Shown here one piece after another: positions 37,597-47,597 of a stretch of DNA of 64,000 nt. The notes below the pieces were generated by a model. It ran no database searches. It saw nothing but the letters and a program-made list of their open reading frames with translations, and had not been told where the DNA came from. The stretch is taken from NCBI GenBank assembly GCA_963804645.1, contig CAWDRG010000022.1, positions 64,001-128,000 on the forward strand, given 5' to 3'. A program made the translations under genes and the position numbers. Each line of letters opens with the position of its first letter. The first letter of the stretch is position 1. This DNA comes from an uncultured Bacillota bacterium. Lineage in GTDB: Bacteria > Sysuimicrobiota > Sysuimicrobiia > Sysuimicrobiales > Segetimicrobiaceae.

Positions 37597-39058
37597 TGGC
37601 CGTGCGGCTCGCGCGCTCGATCAAGTCGACGATGCTGGGCAGCACCTCTTCCCCCAGATCGAGCTCGAGCATCATCCGCTCGCGCCCCGAGACGTACAAG
37701 ATGCGCCGCCCCGGGGCCGCCCGCCGACTCTCGGCAATCAGCGCCCGCGCCGACGTGAACAGGCGGCCCCACAGCCGCACGAACCGCGTCTCGTCCCCGA
37801 CCGAGTACCGGCAGGCGACCAGCCAGATCCGGTGGTCCGGAAAATCCCGCAGCGAGGTCGCCCGCACCTCACGCACGACCGGCGCGCTCCGCGGGGCGAG
37901 CTCCCGCAGGGCCGCCTGAATCCGCTTCGGGGTGAAGCCGACCGCGGCGGAGTCCTCCGTCGCGTCCCCGCGGGGTATCCGCGGCAGCCGCTCCAAGAAC
38001 TCCGCGGCTTGCGCCGCGGCGCCGAGGCCGCCCTCGTGGACGCTCCGGAGCGCGGCGGGGTCGGTCGTGAGAAATCGGCGGGCCGCGGCGACCGCGGCCG
38101 CATCCGCGTCCGGGCTCGTCGTCGCGTGCGCAAACCGCTGCATCACCTCCGGCAGCGCGGTGAGGGAGAAGAACCCCGGGTAGTACAGGGTGACGACCGG
38201 CGTCCCCACGCTGAGGCTCTCCGCGACCTGCATGTAGCCGCATTTCGTGACGGCGCATCGGGCGAGCTGCAGCAGGCCGAACAGCACTCGATCGGACGTC
38301 GGGGCGATCGCGCGAATCCGGCGCCCCGTCCCGCCGACCAGCGCGTCGGCGCGGCGCTGGGCCGCCTCGGGGTCTGGGCTGACGACCACCGTCGCGACGT
38401 CCGGGTCGTCGAGTTGCTGCGCGAGCGACAGGCCCAACCGCTCGACGTTAGGGTCGTAGCCCAGCACCAGCAGGAGCCGCTCGGCGGTCACGCCGATCTC
38501 CCCGAGCAGCGCGCGCGCCTCCGGGATGGACGCGTCGATATAGGGCGGGACGTGAACCACGTAGCGGTACTTCGTCACGCCGTGGACCGCGCTCGGACCG
38601 CTCAGCACGATCCCGTCCACCATCGCCCCGTGCTTCTCACAGAACGTCTCGAGGTAGGCCGGATGATAGGCGTTGTCCAGGACCACGACCGGGATCTTCG
38701 TCTCCACGGCGCACAGGGTCATCTCCAGCATCGGGCCCGCCATCGGCGCTTCGCCGATCACCACGACGTCCGGCTGCAGCGCCCGCAGCTGCTCGAGAAA
38801 ACTGACCCGGTTCGCCTCCGCCCCCTCGTAGGCGGCCTGGCGGAACGTCAGCTCGATGAACCGCATCTCGCTCTTGGCCCGAGCCGTCTGCTCGTCGTGA
38901 AAGTTTTGGTGCCCGGTGCAGTAGAAGACGATCTCGTGCCCGCGCGCGCTCAACTCCAGCGCCACCCGGAGGCCGCGCTTGTAGACGCCGATCTGCAGCT
39001 GACCTTTGGACAGCTCTATGCAGTAGGTGCAGAACAGAAACCGCACGGTCGCCCCCAT
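37589..39058 (-). CDS. Divergent GT-B fold protein (glycosyltransferase-like) with C-terminal extension
   Basis: IGVYKRGLRVALELSARGHEIVF, PDVVVI and AVTKCGYMQVAESLSVGTPVV resemble GT-B N- and C-terminal motifs. Confidence 0.55.
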   Translation of the reverse strand: MGATVRFLFCTYCIELSKGQLQIGVYKRGLRVALELSARGHEIVFYCTGHQNFHDEQTARAKSEMRFIELTFRQAAYEGAEANRVSFLEQLRALQPDVVVIGEAPMAGPMLEMTLCAVETKIPVVVLDNAYHPAYLETFCEKHGAMVDGIVLSGPSAVHGVTKYRYVVHVPPYIDASIPEARALLGEIGVTAERLLLVLGYDPNVERLGLSLAQQLDDPDVATVVVSPDPEAAQRRADALVGGTGRRIRAIAPTSDRVLFGLLQLARCAVTKCGYMQVAESLSVGTPVVTLYYPGFFSLTALPEVMQRFAHATTSPDADAAAVAAARRFLTTDPAALRSVHEGGLGAAAQAAEFLERLPRIPRGDATEDSAAVGFTPKRIQAALRELAPRSAPVVREVRATSLRDFPDHRIWLVACRYSVGDETRFVRLWGRLFTSARALIAESRRAAPGRRILYVSGRERMMLELDLGEEVLPSIVDLIERASRTANG

Positions 39059-39202
39059 CGGGTGCCGCTCGGGCGCGTCGGACGCGCGCACGGCATCCCG
39101 CGACGTCTCACTGCGAGGGGTGCATCGCGTCGTCACCGCCCGCCGCCGTCCAGCGGGGGCGGGTCGCACGCGACACGAGGATGCGTCGGCGGAACGGCCC
39201 CG

Positions 39203-39475
39203 CTAGCCGGGCTTCTCCTCCGATTCACGCGACAGCGTTTCGAGCGCGTCCGCCACCGTCCGGGACAGTGAGGCCAGCGCAAGCGCCAGTTCTCGGACGG
39301 CGGTCTTGACGTGCGCACGGGGTTCGGCCGGCAGCATGTTCACCGGCATCATCGCGAGACTAAACCCCGCGGCGAGGACGTCGCGCGCGAGGCATCCGGT
39401 GCCGTCGCCCAGCCTCGGCCGCGCGGCACCCGCATGTGGTGGTGACGTCTCGAGTCTCCCTTTCGCGGTCGTCAC
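39203..39475 (-). CDS. 90-aa amphipathic helical protein, possibly CsmM/CsmN-like; copy 2
   Basis: GTG at 39475 with GGAGG RBS; ungapped paralog of 5722-5994. Confidence 0.75.
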   Translation of the reverse strand: MTTAKGRLETSPPHAGAARPRLGDGTGCLARDVLAAGFSLAMMPVNMLPAEPRAHVKTAVRELALALASLSRTVADALETLSRESEEKPG

Positions 39476-39567
39476 CGAGTCGCCTCCCGGTTGGATCACG
39501 AGTCACCGCGCGTCGCGGCACAAGGCTAGCATAACATAAACGGTCCGGAGGAGCGCGGGCACCCGGA

Positions 39568-40410
39568 TCACGGCCCCTCCGGACAGGCCCACGGAAGGTG
39601 TCTGAGCTCGCGCTCCCACACCTTCCGCTGCTCCCGATAGAACGGCCCCTCCATCGAGCGGCACGCCTCACCGACGGCCAGCTCCTCGTACGCCGCCGGC
39701 AGCATCGCGCGAAGCACCAGAAACGCGTTCGGAGGCTCGGCGTACAACAGCGAGTACCCGAGCCGTTCCCCGAGCCGCTGCACGGCGAGCAGGCTTTGCC
39801 CGTCGTTGCCGAGTCCCGTCGCTTCACACAGGGGGTCATACGGCATCGTGACGCTGACCTCGAGCGGAATCGCGCAGCTGAATTCGACCACGACGACCCG
39901 CGGGGTGTAGGCGGCCCCGATGGCCTTCCAGATCCAGTGGTCCTGCCCGTCGATGTCGATCGAGAGGAGATCAAACGACCGCGGCACCCGGTACTTCGCG
40001 AACAACTCGGTGGCGTTCTCGGCCGTCACGAACTCGCGGTAGAGCGGCAGCGATGGATTCTCGTGATCGCAGTCGAGCATCACCCCCGCCCACCCCTGCT
40101 CGCGCAGCCACCGCGTATTGCACTCGTCGCCCGACTCGGTGCCGATCTCCACGTAGAATCGATTGGTGGTCCCGAAAAGGCCAAACAGACATTCGAGGAC
40201 GCCGTCCTCGCCGTTCTGCGAATAGTGCTTCGCCGCATGCCGGTTCAGCGTTTCCACGAAGTCCAGATCGTACCCGTTGAAACAGCGACCGTCTGCCTGG
40301 GCCTGCTGATCGTCCGCGCGGGGGGACCGAGGCCCGCCGAGGCGGTGTCCCGCCCAGGCCGAGACCGTGAGCGCGGTCCGGGCAAAGATTCGTTCCAGTG
40401 AGATCGGCAT
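39568..40410 (-). CDS. FkbM-related methyltransferase-like protein
   Basis: YSQNGEDG, FYVEIG, LLSIDIDGQDHWIW, PRVVVVE and LGYSL motifs. Confidence 0.75.
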   Translation of the reverse strand: MPISLERIFARTALTVSAWAGHRLGGPRSPRADDQQAQADGRCFNGYDLDFVETLNRHAAKHYSQNGEDGVLECLFGLFGTTNRFYVEIGTESGDECNTRWLREQGWAGVMLDCDHENPSLPLYREFVTAENATELFAKYRVPRSFDLLSIDIDGQDHWIWKAIGAAYTPRVVVVEFSCAIPLEVSVTMPYDPLCEATGLGNDGQSLLAVQRLGERLGYSLLYAEPPNAFLVLRAMLPAAYEELAVGEACRSMEGPFYREQRKVWERELRHLPWACPEGP

Positions 40411-40632
40411 CGGTCTCGTGTCTCCTTCCCGGCCGTAGCCCCCCTATTATATAGATAGTCTCTGCGTCGTCACACGACCTCCGATGTCGTGCCTGCAGCC
40501 GACCGCCCGGTCACCGAGGCGCACCCTGCGGCAGGCCCCGCCTTCGGCGTCGACGAAGACGTGGTGCGCCGATCGAGGACGCTGCGTGCGCCACTGCTGT
40601 ACATCGACGGAGCGGGACACCGAGGGAACCGG

Positions 40633-41988
40633 GTGATCCACGGATATCCTGAAAAGCCGAGCGTGCGGCCGGGAGACACGCTGATCCTGCATGTCTCGAC
40701 CACCGCGCGGTGGTTTCGCGCGGACTTCTACCGACAAGGCGCGCGGCTGACCCTGATCGGCAGTTCAGGCTGGTGGCGGGGCAGCGCGGCACCGGACGGC
40801 CCTCCCCATGAGGATTGGCGCTGGCCGGCGTATCGCTTCCGCATCCCGAGAGACTGGCGGTCCGGCGCCTACGTCGCCATGCTCACCGAAGGCGACCGCC
40901 GCAAGACGCCCGTCGAGTCGCCGGACACCGGCTCGGCCGACGCCCGCTCCATGAAAGCGCTGTTTGTCGTCGTCTCGAAAACCCCAGGCGTTACCGCGCC
41001 GATCCTCTACAAACTCCCGTTCACCACGTATCATGCGTACAACTACGCCGGGGGCGGCAGCCTCTATCAAAACCACCGCGTCTCGCTCATTCCGTTTGGC
41101 AGCAAGGTCACCGTGCGCCGGCCGGGCGGCGGCACCGGCGGTCCGCTGCCGCCGAGCCACCACGACTTCCTCGACGTCTACGACTCCAGCTCCCCCCGCC
41201 AATCGTTCGCGCACTGGGACGCCCCGTTCATCGGGTGGCTCGAGTCGAACGGATACGCGGTGGACTACTGCACCGACCTCGAGCTTCATGAGCACGCCGA
41301 CCACGTGCGCCCCTACCGCCTCCTGTTGAGCGCGGGACACGATGAGTACTGGAGCGAGGGCATGCGCGCCCACGCCAAAGCGTTCATCCGCTCCGGCGGC
41401 AACGCGGCCTTCTTCGGAGGCAACACGTGTTGGTGGCGCATCCACTTCGTCGACGGCAACACCGCATTTGTCTGCGACAAATTCAGGAACACCGACCTCT
41501 GGTGGGCGCCCAGCGGCGCCAACACCCCCGAAGACACGTTGACCGGCGTCAGCTACCGGCACGGCGGGGGCTGGTGGAACGGACCGCGCGATGCCGTCGG
41601 CTATACGGTCCATCAGCCGGCCCATTGGGTCTTCGAGGGCACCGGGCTCGAGCACGGCAGCACGTTCGGCGCCCCGGAGCACCTCATCGGGTACGAGTGC
41701 GACGGGGCCGCGCTGACCTTCGACGATCGCGGGGCGCCCGCGCTCGCCGGCGGCGGAAGCACGCCCAACACGTTCGCGGTCCTGGGCACGGGCACGCTCA
41801 GCACGTCGTGGCAGGACCGTCCGCCTCGAGAATGTTCGGGGCCACACGCCGCGACCATGGGCGTGCACGAAGACCGCGGCACGGTCTTCGCCGCGTCGAC
41901 GACGGACTGGACCCGCGTGCTGGCCCTCAGCCAGGAGGCGCACGTTGACCGCATTACCAAAAACGTGCTGGACCGCCTGTCTCGATGA
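40633..41988 (+). CDS. N,N-dimethylformamidase beta-subunit family protein
   Basis: IPRDWRSGAY, TYHAYNYAGGGSLY, GHDEYWS, GGNTCWW and IGYECD motifs. Start could be further upstream (40489). Confidence 0.82.
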   Translation: MIHGYPEKPSVRPGDTLILHVSTTARWFRADFYRQGARLTLIGSSGWWRGSAAPDGPPHEDWRWPAYRFRIPRDWRSGAYVAMLTEGDRRKTPVESPDTGSADARSMKALFVVVSKTPGVTAPILYKLPFTTYHAYNYAGGGSLYQNHRVSLIPFGSKVTVRRPGGGTGGPLPPSHHDFLDVYDSSSPRQSFAHWDAPFIGWLESNGYAVDYCTDLELHEHADHVRPYRLLLSAGHDEYWSEGMRAHAKAFIRSGGNAAFFGGNTCWWRIHFVDGNTAFVCDKFRNTDLWWAPSGANTPEDTLTGVSYRHGGGWWNGPRDAVGYTVHQPAHWVFEGTGLEHGSTFGAPEHLIGYECDGAALTFDDRGAPALAGGGSTPNTFAVLGTGTLSTSWQDRPPRECSGPHAATMGVHEDRGTVFAASTTDWTRVLALSQEAHVDRITKNVLDRLSR

Positions 41989-42051
41989 GCACGGTCCGCG
42001 ACGGCGCACACGTATGATCGACGCAGCGGACGGCTGCCGGAGGGGGACGGT

Positions 42052-43038
42052 GTGCGCGTCCTGATCACCGGCGGAGCCGGCTTCATCGGATCCCACCTGA
42101 CCGATGCGCTGCTGGAACGCGAGCACGAGGTCGTCGCCCTCGACGATCTCTCGACCGGCCGCCTGGCGAACCTCGAGCACCTGACCGCGCACCCGAGATT
42201 CCGCTGCGTGCAGGGCTCCGTCCTCGACGCGTCCGCGGTGTCGGCCCTCGTGGAGACCTGCGATGAGGTGTACCATCTCGCCGCCGCCGTCGGGGTCAAG
42301 TTCATACTCGCCCACCCCCTGCAGACGCTCGAGACGAACGTCAGGGGGACCGAAGTCGTGCTCGAGGCGGCGAGCCGAGCGGGCCGCAAGACGTTTCTCG
42401 CCTCCACCTCCGAAGTCTACGGCACGGGGGCCGCGCAGGGCACACAGCGGTTTCGGGAAACCGACCCCATCTGCCTCGGCCTCTCCCCGCGGTGGTGCTA
42501 CGCCACCTCCAAAGTCCTCGACGAGGCGCTCGCCCGCGCCTACGCCCACGAGACGCGCATGCCGGTCGTGATCGGGCGTCTGTTCAACACGGTCGGACCG
42601 CGGCAGCGGGGCGCGTACGGCATGGTCCTCCCACGGTTCGTCCAGCAAGCGCTCGCGGGAGACGCCATCACGGTCTATGGGGATGGGACGCACGTGCGGA
42701 GCTTCACCTGGGTCCACGACGTGGTGCGGGCGATGATGGCGCTCATGGCCCACCCGGACGCCGCCGGCGACGTCTACAACATCGGCAGTGAACAGGCGGT
42801 GACGATCGGGGCGCTGGCGGAGCGCGTACGCGCCCTCGCCGACAGCCGGTCCGAGATCACGCACACCGCGTACGCCGAGGCCTACGGGCCGGAGTTCGAA
42901 GAGCCCCGCTACCGCGTTCCCGACATCACCAAACTCTCCGAGCGCACCGGCTACCGTCCGACGAAGGGGCTCGATGACATTATCCGGGACGTCATCGCGT
43001 ATTTCCGGCGCGCGGGGACGCGGGAGGATGCCCGATGA
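42052..43038 (+). CDS. NAD-dependent nucleotide-sugar epimerase/dehydratase
   Basis: TGGAGFIGSH, ASTSEVYG, YATSK and RLFNTVGPRQ motifs. Confidence 0.93.
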   Translation: MRVLITGGAGFIGSHLTDALLEREHEVVALDDLSTGRLANLEHLTAHPRFRCVQGSVLDASAVSALVETCDEVYHLAAAVGVKFILAHPLQTLETNVRGTEVVLEAASRAGRKTFLASTSEVYGTGAAQGTQRFRETDPICLGLSPRWCYATSKVLDEALARAYAHETRMPVVIGRLFNTVGPRQRGAYGMVLPRFVQQALAGDAITVYGDGTHVRSFTWVHDVVRAMMALMAHPDAAGDVYNIGSEQAVTIGALAERVRALADSRSEITHTAYAEAYGPEFEEPRYRVPDITKLSERTGYRPTKGLDDIIRDVIAYFRRAGTREDAR

Positions 43039-44372
43039 CGGCACGGGAGCTCACGGGGTCGACGGCGCGGGCGCTGGAACGCCGCATCACGGAACGGCGG
43101 GCGACCGTGGGCGTCATCGGACTCGGGTACGTCGGGTTGCCGCTGGCGGTCGGGTTCGCCCAGGCCGGCTTCCCGGTCGTGGGCTTCGAGACCGACCGGA
43201 CGCGCGCCGCGAGTCTCGCGCGCGGAGTCTCGTACGTGGAGGATGTGCCGGACGGCGCGTTGGGGCCGCTGGTCCTGCGCGGCCGCCTCACGAGCACACG
43301 CGAGTTCGGAGCGCTCGCCGCGACGGATGTCGCCGTCATTTGCGTGCAGACGCCGGTCACCGTAGCGCATGAGCCGGATCTGGCCTTTGTCGCCTCCGCC
43401 CTGCGAGCAGTCGCCCGCGGCCTGCACGCGGGACAGCTCGTCGTGCTGCAGAGCACCACCTATCCGGGAACCACCGAGGAAATCGCGCTCCCAGCGCTGA
43501 CACAGTCCGGGCTCCGCGTCGGCGAGGATTTCTTTCTGGCGTTCTCGCCCGAGCGGATCGACCCGGGTAACCGGCGCCACACGACGCGCACGATTCCGAG
43601 AGTGGTGGGCGGCATCACCCCGGTGTGCACGGCGCTGACGCAGCGGCTGTTCGAACAGCTCGAGACGCCGGTCTACCGGGTGTCGTCGGCACGCGCCGCG
43701 GAGATGACCAAGCTGCTCGAGAATGTGTTTCGCAGCGTGAACATCGCGCTCGTGAACGAATTCGCGCGCCTGTGCGAACCCCTGAGCATCGACATCTGGG
43801 AGGTGGTCGGCGCCGCCGCGACCAAGCCGTTCGGGTTCATGCCGTTCGATCCCGGCCCGGGCGTCGGGGGGCACTGCATCGCCGTGGACCCCTACCACCT
43901 CGCGTGGAAGGCCGCGGCGTGCGGGGTCCCCGCGCGGCTGACCGCGCTCGCGGCGGAGATCAACGAGGCCATGCCGTCCTACGTGGCCGACCGTGTGACC
44001 CAGGCGGTCGCGACCCACCGCCGCGCCCCCATCGCGGGCGCGCGCATTCTCGGGCTCGGCGCGAGCTACAAAGGCGACGTCGGAGACACGCGGGAATCTC
44101 CCGCGGTGAAGGTGCTGAGCCTGTTGAAGCAGCGCGGCGCGTTGATCGCCTACCACGATGCGCACGTCCCCCGCGTGTGGATCGACGGCACCGAGTACAC
44201 GTCCGTCGCCCTCACCCCGAGCGAGATTGGCGGCGCCGATTGTGTCGTCGTGTTGACGGCGCACGGAGACATCGACTACCGGCAGGTGGCCGAACACGCC
44301 CAGTTGGTGTTCGATACCCGGCATGCCGTGCCGCCCGGCGCGCCGTCGCACGGCACGATTCTGCGTCTGTAG
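43035..44372 (+). CDS. Nucleotide-sugar dehydrogenase (UDP-GlcNAc/ManNAc dehydrogenase family)
   Basis: GLGYVGLP, STTYPGTT, FSPERIDPGN, KLLENVFR, GVGGHCI and DTRESP motifs. Confidence 0.93.
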   Translation: MTARELTGSTARALERRITERRATVGVIGLGYVGLPLAVGFAQAGFPVVGFETDRTRAASLARGVSYVEDVPDGALGPLVLRGRLTSTREFGALAATDVAVICVQTPVTVAHEPDLAFVASALRAVARGLHAGQLVVLQSTTYPGTTEEIALPALTQSGLRVGEDFFLAFSPERIDPGNRRHTTRTIPRVVGGITPVCTALTQRLFEQLETPVYRVSSARAAEMTKLLENVFRSVNIALVNEFARLCEPLSIDIWEVVGAAATKPFGFMPFDPGPGVGGHCIAVDPYHLAWKAAACGVPARLTALAAEINEAMPSYVADRVTQAVATHRRAPIAGARILGLGASYKGDVGDTRESPAVKVLSLLKQRGALIAYHDAHVPRVWIDGTEYTSVALTPSEIGGADCVVVLTAHGDIDYRQVAEHAQLVFDTRHAVPPGAPSHGTILRL

Positions 44373-44524
44373 CGAGACCACGGGCATCCGCAGGGCGGCC
44401 GCCGAACGGGAATCGCCGGGACCGGGCGAGAAGGGCGCTGGTGCCGCACCGGCCGACGGCGACGCGCGCGGCGCACCCGCACGACGGAGCCGCCAACGAT
44501 CGTCCACACGGGGGGATCAGGACT

Positions 44525-45220
44525 GTGACGACAACCGCCGCCGCGCCCGGAGCCGAACTGCTCGCGGCGCGCGGGGTCACGAAGATCTACGACCGCGGGG
44601 CCGTCGAGGCGCTGCGGGGCGTCGATCTCGCACTGTACCGCGGCGAGATCGTCGCGATCATCGGGCCGAGCGGCAGCGGAAAGTCCACCCTGCTCCAACT
44701 GCTCGGCGGGCTTGATCGCCCGACCTCGGGGGAGATCCTGTACGAGGGGGTCCCGCTGGCCCATGGCCTCGACCCGGACCGGTTTCGCGCGACACGGGTG
44801 GGGTTCGTGTTCCAGACGTTCCATCTGCTGCCGACGCTGACCGCATCGCAGAACGTCCAGATCCCGATGTTCGAAGTCGAGCGGGCCGCGAGTCGGCGCC
44901 GCAGCAAAGCGGACGCACTCCTCCAGAGCGTCGGCCTGGCGCACCGGGCCAGCCATCTGCCATCGCAGCTCTCGGTGGGGGAGCGGCAGCGAGTCGCGAT
45001 CGCCCGCGCCCTGGCGAACGACCCGGTCGTCATTCTCGCGGACGAGCCGACCGGCAGCCTGGATTCGCGCGCCGCCGCGGACATCATGGGGCTGCTCGGG
45101 ACGATCAATCGCGACCGCGGGACCACCATCATGCTCATCACGCACGCCGCGGACGTCGCCGCCGCGGCGCACCGCGTGGTCCACATGCGGGACGGCCGCG
45201 TGGTGCCCGAGACACCATGA
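44525..45220 (+). CDS. ABC transporter ATP-binding protein (LolD/MacB-like)
   Basis: GPSGSGKST, LSVGERQR, ILADEPTG and ITH motifs. Confidence 0.93.
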   Translation: MTTTAAAPGAELLAARGVTKIYDRGAVEALRGVDLALYRGEIVAIIGPSGSGKSTLLQLLGGLDRPTSGEILYEGVPLAHGLDPDRFRATRVGFVFQTFHLLPTLTASQNVQIPMFEVERAASRRRSKADALLQSVGLAHRASHLPSQLSVGERQRVAIARALANDPVVILADEPTGSLDSRAAADIMGLLGTINRDRGTTIMLITHAADVAAAAHRVVHMRDGRVVPETP

Positions 45221-45260
45221 CAACGGCAGCGACCGCGCCCCGGCGCCGGCGAGATCCACG

Positions 45261-46379
45261 ATGACGCAGTTCGCGTTGGTGCTCAGCGCGATCCGGGGGC
45301 GACCGCTCCGATCGCTGCTCACCGTCCTCGGCGTCGGGGTCGCCCTCGGCACCTTCCTGTGCTTCCAGAGCCTGGCGTGGGGCCTCGAAAAGAACTGGAT
45401 GGGCCTGTACCGCGATCGGGGCACCGATCTCATCGTCACCCAGGACACGTTTTTCGCAGGCGCGATCGCGCAGAGCGTCGGCGACGACATCCGGCGGCTG
45501 CCGGGCGTACGCAGCGTCACGCCGCTGATGTGGGGACTCTCGACCGTGGACGGACAACCGAGCATTCCGCTGACGGGCTGGGATCCAGACGCCTCCACCC
45601 TCGCGCACCTGACCGTGCGCGGGCGCCGCCCGGCCCCGAACGCGACGGAGGCGATTCTCGGGGCCTACGTCGCCCGCCGCTTGGGCAAGGACATCGGCGG
45701 AAGCGTGGAGATCGGCGGCACGCGCGTCGCGGTCGTCGGCGTCTTCACGGGCGAGAATGTCCTCGAGCTCGAAAGCGTCTACATTCCCCTCGGGTTGTTT
45801 CAGCAGCTGCGCGGCGCACCGGGAGTCGTCGGCGGGTTCTACGTCGACGTGGTGCGAGGAAACGACACGGCCGCCACCGAGGCGTCGATCGCCCAGGTCA
45901 CGCGGGCGATCGACGCGCGGTTTCCCCGACTGGTCACCTACCGCACCGACGATTTCGCGCGAAATAACGATATCGTGGGCCTGACACGCGCCACCGCGTG
46001 GGGCACGTCGGTGATCGCGTTCTGCGTGGCCGTCTTGGGCGTCCTCAACACCATGAGCATGGCCGTGCTCGAACGCACGCGCGAGATCGGCCTGTTGCGC
46101 GCCGTCGGGTGGCGCCGCCGCCGCGTGCTCGGGCTGCTCCTCTCGGAGTCGGTTCTGCTCACCACGGCGGGCGGTGGACTCGGGATCGCCCTGGCGGCGG
46201 TGGGGCTCCGTGTGCTCGCTCAGGTTCCGAGGATGCGCGTCCTCGCGATCACCGGGAGCCCGCCGGAACTGTACGTGGAGACACTCCTCATCGGTTTGGT
46301 GCTCGGCCTCCTCGGCGGGCTCCTCCCCGCCCACCGCGCGGCCCAGATTTCGCCCGCGGACGCGCTGCGTCACGAGTAG
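45261..46379 (+). CDS. ABC transporter permease (FtsX/MacB family)
   Basis: RSLLTVLGVGV, NTMSMAVLERTREIGLLRAVG and PAHRAAQISPADALRHE. Confidence 0.93.
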   Translation: MTQFALVLSAIRGRPLRSLLTVLGVGVALGTFLCFQSLAWGLEKNWMGLYRDRGTDLIVTQDTFFAGAIAQSVGDDIRRLPGVRSVTPLMWGLSTVDGQPSIPLTGWDPDASTLAHLTVRGRRPAPNATEAILGAYVARRLGKDIGGSVEIGGTRVAVVGVFTGENVLELESVYIPLGLFQQLRGAPGVVGGFYVDVVRGNDTAATEASIAQVTRAIDARFPRLVTYRTDDFARNNDIVGLTRATAWGTSVIAFCVAVLGVLNTMSMAVLERTREIGLLRAVGWRRRRVLGLLLSESVLLTTAGGGLGIALAAVGLRVLAQVPRMRVLAITGSPPELYVETLLIGLVLGLLGGLLPAHRAAQISPADALRHE

Positions 46380-46450
46380 CCGCACGGCATCGTCCGCGCC
46401 GCCCTCGGCACGACGGCGGCGCGGACGACGACCGATGTCGGGGAGCTCCT

Positions 46451-47071
46451 CTAGTGCGTTTGCGGCGACGGCCCTGGCTGCGGGGTCTGCAGCGCCGGCT
46501 GGGCCTGCGGCTGAATGCGAATCGAGTTGATGATCGGCGTCAACGCCGCCGCATGCGCCGCCAGTGTCGCGGGATCATTCGCCGTCGTCCCCGTCAGCAC
46601 GTACACCTGGCCGAGATCGACGATGCAGACCTGCTTGCTCCATCGATTTTGGCCCGTCGGCGCCTTCCAGCTGTAGACGTGTGAATACGCCGGGAACCCT
46701 CCCACGCTCGTGGGCCCCTGGCTGACGGTGGTGTAGGTGATGTGGGCGAAATGCTGCGTCACCCACTCCGCCTCGTTCTCGCACGACTGCGGCGACATCC
46801 CCGAGAGCGCGGCGTGCACAACGACGTCGACGCTATCGGGCAGCCCACCGGTCGCCGTCGGCGCGGTCGCCGCGAGCGTGACGTTGCCGTCCGGCGACTT
46901 GACCGTCCACGCCGCAGGCACGCTGAGCGCGACCTGATTCTTCGTATCGTGCACCGTTCGGAGCGGCGGGGTCGCCGCCGCGGCGATCGCCGCGGACGCG
47001 AGCACCGTGCCCGCACCGACGAGGATCGCCACACGTATTCTCCGCATCATTTGCCGCATCATCACGATCAC
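46451..47071 (-). CDS. Secreted PsbP/DcrB-like protein
   Basis: Signal peptide ending in AIAAA; LSVPAAW and GQVYVLT...IINSIRI pattern. Exact start Met uncertain. Confidence 0.6.
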   Translation of the reverse strand: MIVMMRQMMRRIRVAILVGAGTVLASAAIAAAATPPLRTVHDTKNQVALSVPAAWTVKSPDGNVTLAATAPTATGGLPDSVDVVVHAALSGMSPQSCENEAEWVTQHFAHITYTTVSQGPTSVGGFPAYSHVYSWKAPTGQNRWSKQVCIVDLGQVYVLTGTTANDPATLAAHAAALTPIINSIRIQPQAQPALQTPQPGPSPQTH

Positions 47072-47339
47072 CTCGCCGAGAGTTTACCCAGAAGTCCGCA
47101 CGCGCCAATCCCTTCTTCGCCAGGGGCGAACGGAATTGAGTTCCCGGCTCAGTCGAGCCACTCAGGTGACTCGCGGGCGAGACCGTGTGGCTCCATGTGC
47201 GCCTGCGCGACATGCGGCGCATACCGCGGTGGTGCGGGTCACGACGCGTCGCCCCGCCGAGGGCGCGGACAAGAATCCCGATGCGTCGCCGCTGACACCG
47301 TCGTCCACGCGACCAACGGCGACAGCTTGGCCTACAGCG

Positions 47340-47597
47340 TTATGCCTCCGGATTCCTGATGGTTCGCAGCACCCGGTCCATGTCGATGAGAAAGTCGCCG
47401 AGGTCTCCCGAGACCTTCCCGTCCAGCGAATCGATGAGCTGGCGCACGGATTCCGGCCATGATTTGATCTTGAGGTAGAGATCCGTCGCCGCCTTCACAG
47501 CCCGCGCGTCGGGAGAGAGGTGGCTCTGTCCGCCATTCATCACTCGGTTCAGATCTGCGACCTGTCGCATGAGTGCACGCGCTCCCGACATATCCAT
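47340..47597 (-). CDS. Small hypothetical protein
   Basis: 85-aa helical ORF with G-rich RBS and GC-rich third codon positions. Confidence 0.55.
   Translation of the reverse strand: MDMSGARALMRQVADLNRVMNGGQSHLSPDARAVKAATDLYLKIKSWPESVRQLIDSLDGKVSGDLGDFLIDMDRVLRTIRNPEA

Noticed and set aside
47100..47340. Short inverted repeat (GAGCCAC...GTGGCTC) as a riboswitch
   Set aside because: No recognisable riboswitch consensus; short stems are expected by chance at this GC content.
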